Virus record (IMG/VR): IMGVR_UViG_3300037424_001372
Span: 268,837-324,744 of that record
Direction: 5' to 3' (one strand)
Source of the DNA: a virus
Lineage: Duplodnaviria > Heunggongvirae > Uroviricota > Caudoviricetes
Length of the DNA stretch: 55,908 nt
Part shown: positions 40,431 through 48,867 of the stretch, one piece after another
How positions within the stretch are numbered: position 1 is the stretch's first letter
Layout of the letters: each line of letters begins with the position of its first letter
The notes under the pieces: model-generated
What the model was told of the DNA's origin: nothing
Databases searched by the model: none
Seen by the model: the letters and a program-made list of their open reading frames with translations, nothing else
Position numbers and translations under genes: made by a program

Positions 40431-40516
40431 TACCGAGAATGGGAGTCGAACCCACACGGACATTACTGTCCACAAGATTTTAAGTCTTGCATGTCTACCA
40501 ATTTCATCATCTCGGC
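40431..40516 (-). tRNA. trnL: tRNA-Leu (UAA)
   Basis: GCCGAGA/TCTCGGT acceptor, CAAGA-CT-TAA-AA-TCTTG, long variable arm, GTGGG-TTCGACT-CCCAT. Confidence 0.95.
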
Positions 40517-40663
40517 ATGATATTATCATTCAAATCGACTAAGCCTAATTCGTAGCAACATGGAGTACGTGCCCTATAGAATTAATTATTCCATCAGTTT
40601 TTTTTTACTGAATATTTTCACCTGCATTTTAGTGGTTTGTCGATTTTTTTATCATATGTGTGA

Positions 40664-40689
40664 TACGAAGATAATAATAAAATGTTACA
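40664..40689 (-). promoter_or_regulatory. phage promoter motif upstream of tRNA-Leu
   Basis: TACGAA-N14-GTTACA. Confidence 0.8.
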
Positions 40690-40744
40690 AAAGCAATAAT
40701 AATAAAATTAAAGTGGGATATTCATAGTATTATTATTCTTTGGG

Positions 40745-41116
40745 TCACCTTATTCTCACAATAGTATCCCAATAATAATAGCTGTATTCATAATTAGCAC
40801 GATATACATCAATTAAAGAATCATAAAGATTAATGCTATCTATATCTATATTCAATATTTCATAATTGTTAGATTCATGTACTTTCCACAAAGGTAACCA
40901 AGTTGTTAATAATTCGGTATGTGTTATTATTGGAAAAGTACTATGGGAATATTGAGTTGCATAACCAGATTCTTGGAATTTACTAAAAGTAAATATTGTA
41001 TATAGTTTTTCATTAGAATCTATTTTACTTTTACGTTCAATAAATTCTTCATGTTGTTTAGCATCTTCTTTATTATCGAATTCTTTACCATCTTTGGTTC
41101 TAAATATATTTTCCAT
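40745..41116 (-). CDS. hypothetical protein
   Basis: Intact ORF. Confidence 0.7.
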   Translation of the reverse strand: MENIFRTKDGKEFDNKEDAKQHEEFIERKSKIDSNEKLYTIFTFSKFQESGYATQYSHSTFPIITHTELLTTWLPLWKVHESNNYEILNIDIDSINLYDSLIDVYRANYEYSYYYWDTIVRIR

Positions 41117-41126
41117 AATGATTTAA

Positions 41127-41495
41127 TTAAGAATGGTATTTGTGTGGGTATTGCCAACCTTTTGTTTTTGATTTTTTGATTGGTTTGAGTCTATATGAAT
41201 CATCAATCTTTTTAATTAAAAATGGTTTAACAACTGATTCTGTTTTTATTTTAGATAATTGCTCTTCTACATTCTCAAGGATTAATTGTTCGGGGTTATG
41301 ATGAACAATGAGAATATCATTTGAGCTATTTTCAATTTCCCTAATTAGTTCGGTTGTTTTACCAATACCAGCATGACAACCAACAATAATAATTTTTTTA
41401 TTATTAAAACCATTAGATTCTTTATCTAAAATTGAACCAATAACCTTATTAAGATTAGTTGGTTTTTGAATAGGATTATCCATATCTATCACCAA
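41127..41495 (-). CDS. hypothetical protein with isolated Walker A-like motif
   Basis: IIIVGCHAGIGKTT; too short for a full NTPase fold. Confidence 0.55.
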   Translation of the reverse strand: MVIDMDNPIQKPTNLNKVIGSILDKESNGFNNKKIIIVGCHAGIGKTTELIREIENSSNDILIVHHNPEQLILENVEEQLSKIKTESVVKPFLIKKIDDSYRLKPIKKSKTKGWQYPHKYHS

Positions 41496-41498
41496 TAT

Positions 41499-41732
41499 TT
41501 ACAGTTTATGTAATAATTCTTCAAATATTTCTTGAATTTCTTCACCTTGTTTTTTAATGTCGTTAGCAACCTCTTTACGAATCATAATACTTTTTAAAAA
41601 AGAAGTATAGAATCCATCAATGGTATTATATTCGGCCATAGGGTGCATACCATCGCCATAGTTATTAATTAAATGGCAAGCAAGTTCTTTTTCTTCATCA
41701 GTTAATTCAATATCTCTTAAAGCAATGCTCAT
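41499..41732 (-). CDS. hypothetical protein
   Basis: Intact ORF. Confidence 0.7.
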   Translation of the reverse strand: MSIALRDIELTDEEKELACHLINNYGDGMHPMAEYNTIDGFYTSFLKSIMIRKEVANDIKKQGEEIQEIFEELLHKL

Positions 41733-41744
41733 GGTGATTTAATT

Positions 41745-42029
41745 TCAAATTATATGTGCAGTTACGGCATCTAAGGTTAAATAACCTCTTTTAATATCTT
41801 TACACATATTAGCAAGACGTTGTTTCGAACCACATGGGTCGGCATCGTTATACATAACAGCACGAGTAGTTAGATACTCTTTAGCATCTTTAACAGAATC
41901 AAATATTTTAACACCAGTATAAGAACCATTATAAGAACCATTCAAGCCCTTAACATTTTCTAAATTAAATGCATTGAGACTATTTATTTGGTAATGAGTC
42001 GGGGCTGTTGCAGTAATTTGGCATTTCAT
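41745..42029 (-). CDS. hypothetical protein
   Basis: ORF behind the promoter motif at 42062-42087. Confidence 0.7.
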   Translation of the reverse strand: MKCQITATAPTHYQINSLNAFNLENVKGLNGSYNGSYTGVKIFDSVKDAKEYLTTRAVMYNDADPCGSKQRLANMCKDIKRGYLTLDAVTAHII

Positions 42030-42100
42030 AATAATATGATTTAATTACAATTTATAATTAATACGAAAATTTCGTACAATGGTTACAGTATTAAAATAAA

Positions 42101-42137
42101 AAACCCCATAATGTTTTTTTAGGACATTATGAGGTTT
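42101..42137 (-). terminator. intrinsic terminator
   Basis: AAACC(C/T)CATAATGT stem pair, with a T-run following on the minus strand. Confidence 0.65.
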
Positions 42138-42139
42138 AG

Positions 42140-42368
42140 TTTGTTTTTCGGTAATACGCAACTATCTGCAATATACTTAGCCACCAATTGTGTTAAGGGT
42201 CGTACATTCCAAAACTATGTTTTTAGTCAAGACTTAAATGGATTCGTCATTCAATGGTAGTATGTTATAAATGTTCCGGTTCCAAACCGAAACTCCGTAA
42301 TGAACTTCTAAGTCCTACCATATTGACACGTCTGTCAATAGCCACCAAAGAAGCGTTTCCCTCCGCAA
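42140..42368 (-). ncRNA. putative stand-alone structured ncRNA
   Basis: ORF-free interval between the promoter (42377-42402) and the terminator; several hairpins. Confidence 0.5.
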
Positions 42369-42376
42369 TTATATAA

Positions 42377-42402
42377 TACGAACATTGTTGTTTAATGTTA
42401 CA
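42377..42402 (-). promoter_or_regulatory. phage promoter motif (identical 26-mer at 44397-44422)
   Basis: TACGAACATTGTTGTTTAATGTTACA. Confidence 0.8.
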
Positions 42403-43531
42403 AATATTGTTGATATTCTGATTTATCCAATTCACGAACCACTTTTAATTTATTTGTTCTGACTTTTCCATCACATTCTTTGGGAACAACAATTGAATTA
42501 ATATCTACTTCTACTTCAATAATTGCCAAATCTTTCCAATTTAAACCAAATTTAACTGCGAAAAACAATTCTGACACATGTAATCCAATATCACATGAAT
42601 TATCTAAATTAGAGGAACATTCACCATCAATTATTTCACCAATATGATATTTAAAATCTTTTAGATAATCTGAAAAATATTGTTCATCGCATTCTTTATG
42701 AACTGCTTTATAAAACAATAAAATATTATCGTTTTTCTTGGTTATTTTATAATTTTTTAAATAAAAATCAATTGTTGGGTTAGTGTTAAATGTATCATAT
42801 CGAATAATTTGACTGGTGTCATTTAATATAACATTTGAAATATTTTCAATTTCATTCGAAATGAAAATATAATTATAACCAAAACAATTAATAATACCAT
42901 TTGAACGAAATTTATTTACTTGGGATGAACCCCCCATATAATTTACTTGGGATGAACCCCTCATTTCTTTTACTTGGGATGAACCCCCCATATAATTTAC
43001 TTGGGATGAACCCCCCATATAATTTACTTGGGATGAACCCCACATTTCTTTTACTTGGGATGAATCCCCCATATAATTTACTTGGGATGAACCCCTCATT
43101 TCTTTTACTTGGGATGAACCCCCCATATAATTTACTTGGGATGAACCCCCCATATAATTTACTTGGGATGAACCCCACATTTCTTTTACTTGGGATGAAC
43201 CCCCCATATAATTTACTTGGGATGAACCCCCAATATAATTTACTTGGGATGAACCCCCCATATAATTTACTTGGGATGAACCCCTCATTTCTTTTACTTG
43301 GGATGAATCCCTCATTTCTTTTACTTGGGATGAATCCCTCATTTCTTTTACTTGGGATGAATCCCTCATTATAATAACAGCATTATGAGATAATATTACA
43401 TCAGCATTTACATATAATTTATCTAATAAAATTGGTTCATTCATATCACCACCAATAATAAATATTTCACCAGAATAATCTAATGATATATTATTTAATT
43501 CTTCTTGGGTATTGACAATAATCTTATTCAT
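42398..43531 (-). CDS. 9-aa tandem-repeat (beta-solenoid-like) protein with DUF7666-like C-terminal domain
   Basis: 17 x (G/D)SSQV(KEM|NYM)x repeats; C-terminus FYKAV...YHIGE...C..GLHVS...DGKVRTNKLKVVRE. Confidence 0.75.
   Translation of the reverse strand: MNKIIVNTQEELNNISLDYSGEIFIIGGDMNEPILLDKLYVNADVILSHNAVIIMRDSSQVKEMRDSSQVKEMRDSSQVKEMRGSSQVNYMGGSSQVNYIGGSSQVNYMGGSSQVKEMWGSSQVNYMGGSSQVNYMGGSSQVKEMRGSSQVNYMGDSSQVKEMWGSSQVNYMGGSSQVNYMGGSSQVKEMRGSSQVNYMGGSSQVNKFRSNGIINCFGYNYIFISNEIENISNVILNDTSQIIRYDTFNTNPTIDFYLKNYKITKKNDNILLFYKAVHKECDEQYFSDYLKDFKYHIGEIIDGECSSNLDNSCDIGLHVSELFFAVKFGLNWKDLAIIEVEVDINSIVVPKECDGKVRTNKLKVVRELDKSEYQQYL
42911..43369 (-). repeat. 27-nt coding tandem repeat, 17 units
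   Basis: Invariant TTTACTTGGGATGAA core in every unit. Confidence 0.95.
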
Positions 43532-43621
43532 ATTTTTTTTTGTTTATATTATGATACGAACATTGCGGTTAAATGTTACAAAAAATCCCTTACATTGCTG
43601 TAAGGGGGATTTTAATTAATA

Positions 43622-44365
43622 TTATTCTTCTTCGGACTCGGACAATGCTTCGATGATTTCTTCTTCGGTTGCTTTCCAAAATTTTAAGAAAACCTCTGCA
43701 ATAGATTCTTGGGCAAGATAATCGTTTTCGGCTCTTTCATCCAAATAAATAACTTCTTTGGTTTGAATATTTACCTTGGCAATAGTACAACCTGCTTCAT
43801 CATCATCTTCTGTTGACCAAGCATCAATATGTATGAAACCATCAGCTTCAAAGTCATTACGAATTTCTGTCCAAGCACTTTGCAATAAATTTACTTCAAC
43901 ATCTTCATCTTCCGAATCGAATACAATATTCTCATCAATGCCCATTTCATCAACGGCAAAGTCTTGAATCACATCAAGTAGGTTTACAATACCTTCCAAA
44001 TCATTTGCAAGTAATTGGATGTGGGATTGAGAAAATTCAACAATTGCATTCAATGCTTGTTTTTGTTTTTTCAATTCAACCCAATCAATGTTTTTAATTA
44101 AAGACAATGCTTTGACTTGGACATCCTCCGAAAGAGGTTTAACTTGTTTGTTTGGCTTTTGGGAAAAGAGAACTTCATTGACTATTGAACCATCTTCTAA
44201 TCGAATGCCTTCAATAATATCAATGGACATTGGGTAAAGGTCTTTAAAATCACCATTGTCATCACAAGCATCAATGACAACCAAATCATTGTCATTCAAA
44301 TGAGCAATTAAATCTCTTACTTGTCCAAGGGTTTGAATTTCATCACCAAATTTTAATGCTTTCAT
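43622..44365 (-). CDS. acidic hypothetical protein
   Basis: 247-aa ORF between a promoter (44397-44422) and a terminator/promoter pair (43555-43612). Confidence 0.75.
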   Translation of the reverse strand: MKALKFGDEIQTLGQVRDLIAHLNDNDLVVIDACDDNGDFKDLYPMSIDIIEGIRLEDGSIVNEVLFSQKPNKQVKPLSEDVQVKALSLIKNIDWVELKKQKQALNAIVEFSQSHIQLLANDLEGIVNLLDVIQDFAVDEMGIDENIVFDSEDEDVEVNLLQSAWTEIRNDFEADGFIHIDAWSTEDDDEAGCTIAKVNIQTKEVIYLDERAENDYLAQESIAEVFLKFWKATEEEIIEALSESEEE

Positions 44366-44480
44366 GTTGAGTGTATTAATTATTGTATATGGGTTATACG
44401 AACATTGTTGTTTAATGTTACAAGTATTTGCAACAGTTATTTGGGTCGGTGGTTTATTATTGTATTTTTAGGTTGTGTCA

Positions 44481-44723
44481 TTACCATTCCACAGCAAACT
44501 TCCATCCGTTTAAGATAATGGTTTTTGCATCTATTTTTGGTTGTCTCATATTTGTGGGTATTGTGGCTTTTAATTCACCATCTTTATAAAATTCTGTTCT
44601 ATAACCAACAAAACCACCTTTATCAGATACTTTTACTTTTTTCGCTTTAAGAGTAATTAACTCACCAATCTTTGCTTTTGTCATAATAAAATTCATTAAA
44701 TTGTTTATTAACAACATAAACAT
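44481..44723 (-). CDS. hypothetical protein
   Basis: ORF; true start probably MTKAKIG. Confidence 0.6.
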   Translation of the reverse strand: MFMLLINNLMNFIMTKAKIGELITLKAKKVKVSDKGGFVGYRTEFYKDGELKATIPTNMRQPKIDAKTIILNGWKFAVEW

Positions 44724-44784
44724 ATAAAAAAATGGATGTAAATATTAATACGATTCCAAATTAAATTTGTTACATAGTTTTTAA

Positions 44785-45537
44785 TTAAAAATTCAATAAT
44801 TCCTTTATAATGCCATTCAACCATTGAACCTTGTCGTTATTTAATTTAGTATCATTGGTCATATATAATCGTTTATTAATTTCAATCATTATTGATTGTA
44901 CATTAACATCTTTTTGATAAAATTTGGTAGGTACCAATGAACCTGAATAGGGATTGTTAGTTTCAACAGTCAATCCATATTTTTTGAAGTGGTTAATCAA
45001 ATAAAATGTTAAAAAATTGGGGGTGTGAAAATTATCAATACCAATACAAATGTCGGGTCGATTTGAATCATTTTCATACCACAATCTATTATCATTGAAC
45101 GAATGACAATCAATGATAATTGCCTGACCATTTTTATTTAAGATTGATTGAACTACATCTGTTAGATTACTATGATAAGGAATGAAGTAATTTGTAAGCA
45201 CATCCCAATAATCTGAATAATCAAATTTTCTCAATTTTTTATTGTCAATAGTATGAGTATAGTATAAGCCACGGCCATAACTATCCATTGTTTCACCTAT
45301 GATAAAACGTTCAACATCACAAAACAACCTATTAAAATCACAAGTAAATTTTTTAATATTATCTACTTGAAAGATTTGATTGGTTGCGATATCTGTTGAA
45401 AGCAATAGTTCTTTATTCAATTGCACTTCATCTAACAAGAACGAATCTTTATTAGGTATATGCTTTGATGAGTGGGGTATGTGCAATAAAATACTATCTT
45501 TAATTGTATCACCGAATAAATTTAAATCATTTACCAT
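44785..45537 (-). CDS. N-formylglutamate amidohydrolase (FGase family)
   Basis: LHIPHSS, TDIAT, NRLFCDVERF, PYH, IDCHSF, RPDICIG, NNPYSG, SIMIEINKRLYM. Confidence 0.9.
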   Translation of the reverse strand: MVNDLNLFGDTIKDSILLHIPHSSKHIPNKDSFLLDEVQLNKELLLSTDIATNQIFQVDNIKKFTCDFNRLFCDVERFIIGETMDSYGRGLYYTHTIDNKKLRKFDYSDYWDVLTNYFIPYHSNLTDVVQSILNKNGQAIIIDCHSFNDNRLWYENDSNRPDICIGIDNFHTPNFLTFYLINHFKKYGLTVETNNPYSGSLVPTKFYQKDVNVQSIMIEINKRLYMTNDTKLNNDKVQWLNGIIKELLNF

Positions 45538-45628
45538 ATAAGTGAAATAAAAATTGGTTTGACTTGTACAATACTATACGAATCAAACCAATTAAAGTTA
45601 CAAATCAGATAATGGTTTTAGTTATAAT

Positions 45629-46213
45629 TTATCCATTGTATTTACGATAAATAACATCTTGTTTACCATATTTTTCTCTAAATTTACCATCTGGGTCATA
45701 TTCAGGGTTATAGCTATCTCTTTTATATTCTTCAAATCCAGCATTTTTATATAGTTGTGTTAAAAATCCATCGAAATGATCTAAATATTTACCACCGTTT
45801 TTAACAGCATTTTTAATTAAATCCTGACCAATGCCAGTTATATCAGGTTCATTATTATGTACAGCAACAATCTCAGAATATTGCCCATCATCAAATTTCT
45901 TTAAAGCATATCCAATGTTTAATTCAGGTACTTTAAACAATCTCATTTGACTTAAATCAGATACACTATAATGAGTTAACATGTCAGGATGTTTACTTTT
46001 CATTAATGAATCATAAAATTCTTGTGGGGTTGTGCTTAATTCATTTTTATTTAAAGCACTTAAAACAAACTGTTTTTTATTTTCATCACCCTCATTCAAA
46101 TTGGTTTTAAATAAAATAGTATTGTTGTAATGCTCAAACATTTTTAATTTAAAACGATGTACATCATTAGTTTTGGTTTTATTAACCTTATCGAACATTT
46201 CAAATAACTTCAT
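45629..46213 (-). CDS. GNAT-like domain protein
   Basis: IVAVHNNE..ITGIGQDLIKNAVKNGGKYLDHFDGFLTQLYKNAGF. Confidence 0.55.
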   Translation of the reverse strand: MKLFEMFDKVNKTKTNDVHRFKLKMFEHYNNTILFKTNLNEGDENKKQFVLSALNKNELSTTPQEFYDSLMKSKHPDMLTHYSVSDLSQMRLFKVPELNIGYALKKFDDGQYSEIVAVHNNEPDITGIGQDLIKNAVKNGGKYLDHFDGFLTQLYKNAGFEEYKRDSYNPEYDPDGKFREKYGKQDVIYRKYNG

Positions 46214-46364
46214 AATTATTAATATTTATAATAATAAATACAATAAAAAAACGTTAACTAATCAAAGTTAACGTTTTAAATTTTAAAATATTATGACACC
46301 TTTCCACCTAATTGAATATCAAAAGAGCCATTGTGAATGTTACAAGGGTTTTAACTAAAATTGA

Positions 46365-47414
46365 TTAGACAGTTTCCAATAAATATTCCAAAACCTTTGA
46401 ATCTTTTTCGCGCCTTACTTCTGGTGATGCAATGTTTCTGTTATCGTCAAAAATATAGGAGTTGATTCCATTATAAATCAGCCAATTATTTACTTTGCCA
46501 TTATAACCCAAAGTAGTGTGGTTTGCTTCATAATTGATCTTATCAAGAATACTGTTTACTTTTTCTTGATTGGTTTCGATCAATTTGTTGTACATTGCCT
46601 GTTCTTTTACAGACATTGTGGCAACATCCTTTTCTTTCTCTTTGTTAACAATGCCCATAACATTAAGGACCTCACGAACCCTATCTTCAACATTGGCAAC
46701 AAAGCTACCACCAAGTTTCTCATACCTTGATATAATGGTTTTATTAACATTTTCAAAATTGGCAACCAAGTCGATCAATATGTTTTGAAATTGTTCCAAA
46801 GAATGTAAAATTGAATTGGTGTGTTTACCCTCTAACGAAAGATTAAACCTTTTCATTTCTTTTATTGGTATTGTCAGGCCATTTGAGCAAATTAATCTGT
46901 GATAACCTGCAATACCTTTGTATTTGGTCAAACCGTTGTAAGAGTGTTGAAAGTTCCAAATGAATTTAATCTCATCATTTGTACCGTCCATTTTATATGA
47001 AAACCTTGGGTCTTCAATAACAAAATCACCATAAAAACGTGCATGGTTGGTGTGGCTGTAAGTTGCCTTATAAGCAATGCCAAGGGTTTTGAAAATTTCT
47101 TCAACCTTTGGAAAGATTTCAGAATTTGGAACAAGTTCATAAACATTCGAACAGTAGTTCAAATCAATTTCAGAATCAATCTTTTTTACCTTTGGGTTTT
47201 CATCCAACATTGTCTGAAATTCGGTTGGCGTTAAAGTCTCTTTCATTAAAATAAGTTCTTCATTCGAGAAATAAGGAACTTTTTGAGAAATAACCCCACG
47301 AACGATTTTGGTATATTCACTGTTAGTTCTACGTGGATTGTCAATCAATTCCACTGGAAAACAAAGTTCTTCAAGTGAACAAGTTGTTGTGCCCATTTTT
47401 AGTTTCTTAGCCAT
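46365..47414 (-). CDS. DUF932-like protein
   Basis: Y.LVPN..IF, QHSYNG, GYHRLICSNGL, ...WLIYNGIN pattern. Confidence 0.55.
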   Translation of the reverse strand: MAKKLKMGTTTCSLEELCFPVELIDNPRRTNSEYTKIVRGVISQKVPYFSNEELILMKETLTPTEFQTMLDENPKVKKIDSEIDLNYCSNVYELVPNSEIFPKVEEIFKTLGIAYKATYSHTNHARFYGDFVIEDPRFSYKMDGTNDEIKFIWNFQHSYNGLTKYKGIAGYHRLICSNGLTIPIKEMKRFNLSLEGKHTNSILHSLEQFQNILIDLVANFENVNKTIISRYEKLGGSFVANVEDRVREVLNVMGIVNKEKEKDVATMSVKEQAMYNKLIETNQEKVNSILDKINYEANHTTLGYNGKVNNWLIYNGINSYIFDDNRNIASPEVRREKDSKVLEYLLETV

Positions 47415-47593
47415 GATAGTGCTTTTAATTGGTTTCTGTGTATAATACGATTCTAATTAAAGTTTGTTACAGGTTTTATTTAAAATTATTTGCATTGGCG
47501 AGTGCTAAAATTGAAGTTTTTGTTTTCATAATAAATTTATTTAAAGTTGATAATTCTGTTCTTTGTAATCGGCAGTTTTCATATTGCCAACCG

Positions 47594-47761
47594 TTATAAC
47601 CGATAAAATTTTAACCACATGAAACAACCAAACGGTAGTGGTACTGTGGTCAATAAATGCCAGAATATAAATCCAAGCGCAAATAAAGCATCATCAGTTT
47701 CATGTGGTTTTACCATCATTTTAATAAATCCGTATATCGGTATAAAGTATGTCCATTTCAT
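47594..47761 (-). CDS. 55-aa membrane peptide (cassette gene, missing from ORF track)
   Basis: MKWTYFIPIYGFIKMM...LKFYRL*; unit GTTATAACC(47593)...GGTTATAAC(47786). Confidence 0.6.
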   Translation of the reverse strand: MKWTYFIPIYGFIKMMVKPHETDDALFALGFIFWHLLTTVPLPFGCFMWLKFYRL

Positions 47762-47779
47762 AATATAAAATTTTACAGG

Positions 47780-47874
47780 TTATAACAAGGCGTATAATAA
47801 AGTTTGCTATCAGCAGTTGTACATAATTTGAAAGTTTCTACAACCAAACCTTCTCATACACCCAACCGTTAGCA
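47780..47874 (+). repeat. attC-like recombination site
   Basis: TTATAAC-aa-GGCGTATAATAAAGTTTG ... CAAACCTTCTCATACACC-caacc-GTTAGCA. Confidence 0.8.
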
Positions 47875-47878
47875 AACA

Positions 47879-48100
47879 TTAAGAACCAACCTCTCTAACA
47901 TTTGATGGTGGTACTGTATAATATTTATTTTCTACTTCATCGTGTAAATATACCTTACCACCCTTTGTCCACTTAATTAAACGTAACTCAGTTTTACTAA
48001 ATATTATTTTACGCAATCCACCATCAAAAGCCAAATCTTTTTTATTAGTAACATATACCATTTTTCCTATTGCTTGGTCTATAAAATCCTTTGTTGTCAT
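47879..48100 (-). CDS. hypothetical protein (cassette gene)
   Basis: Unit GTTAGCAAAC(47868)...GTTTGCTAAC(48120). Confidence 0.75.
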   Translation of the reverse strand: MTTKDFIDQAIGKMVYVTNKKDLAFDGGLRKIIFSKTELRLIKWTKGGKVYLHDEVENKYYTVPPSNVREVGS

Positions 48101-48113
48101 AATAATTAACGTT

Positions 48114-48206
48114 TGCTAACAAGCAATATATGTAATTGCCTATTAAGGTCTATACTAAATTTCAACGTTCATGCAAGGCAACTACATATATTGCTGACCA
48201 TTAGGC
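48114..48206 (+). repeat. attC-like site with mutated core (ATTAGGC)
   Basis: TGCTAAC-aa-GCAATATATGTAATTGCC ... GGCAACTACATATATTGC-tgacc-ATTAGGC. Confidence 0.8.
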
Positions 48207-48215
48207 ACAATAAAA

Positions 48216-48356
48216 CTAATCCTCTTGCAACCTTTCAAGTTCATAATTAATAAGTGCCTTTTCATCGAGTTGATTTATCTTTCGTTCAATATCTTCTCTT
48301 TGTTTAAGTAGCTCGACTACTTCTTCATTTTCTGTCACTTTACTAAAATCTATCAT
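48216..48356 (-). CDS. 46-aa coiled-coil peptide (cassette gene, missing from ORF track)
   Basis: MIDFSKVTENEEVVELLKQRE...; unit TTAGGCACA(48201)...TGTGCCTAAC(48381). Confidence 0.6.
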   Translation of the reverse strand: MIDFSKVTENEEVVELLKQREDIERKINQLDEKALINYELERLQED

Positions 48357-48419
48357 AATTTTACAATTTACTGTGCCTAACAAACAATACGATAGGCTGT
48401 TACTAATTTTTGAAACGTC

Positions 48420-48719
48420 TTATAATGAAATCCCCAAGACATCCTCTTTCACATCGTTTTTGATGTACCATTTTTCAGATGTGATTATTCCTGCAATTCC
48501 TTTGCCTTTCAAATCTTCTGTTCTGTCAACAATAGTATCGCTATTAATTTTTATTTGGGGATAAGTTCCTGTGTAAATAGTTGAAGGCATTAAGAATGCT
48601 TGTCCTTCGCAAATCAATGGCAAATCTTTTCCCAACATATCATCGGGAATTACGGCAACAAGGATGGTTTTTCCTTCTGCTGTTTTTTGTGCAATAAATT
48701 TAAAATAAGTCGTTTTCAT
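48420..48719 (-). CDS. hypothetical protein
   Basis: Intact ORF. Confidence 0.7.
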   Translation of the reverse strand: MKTTYFKFIAQKTAEGKTILVAVIPDDMLGKDLPLICEGQAFLMPSTIYTGTYPQIKINSDTIVDRTEDLKGKGIAGIITSEKWYIKNDVKEDVLGISL

Positions 48720-48867
48720 AATCCATAAAGTTTATAGTCAAGTGAGAAGTCTGTGTATCTAATCGGCCACTTGCCATATTGCCGACTGCTATTTCATTTC
48801 TTATTGTACGATTTAAAACAAAAAAGGTTACATTTCTGCAACCTTTCTAAATAAAAATTGATTTAGA

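Noticed and set aside
42911-43369. CRISPR array
   Set aside because: Units abut with no unique spacers, have a 27-nt in-frame period and encode a peptide repeat; no cas genes are present.
42398-43531. Diversity-generating retroelement target
   Set aside because: No reverse transcriptase and no TR/VR pair differing only at adenines.
4987-48206. attC-like hairpins interpreted as REP/BIME elements, MITEs or terminators
   Set aside because: The arms differ from site to site while the AAC/GTT frame is kept. End complementarity follows the enclosed gene unit rather than the hairpin. There are no U-tracts or target-site duplications.
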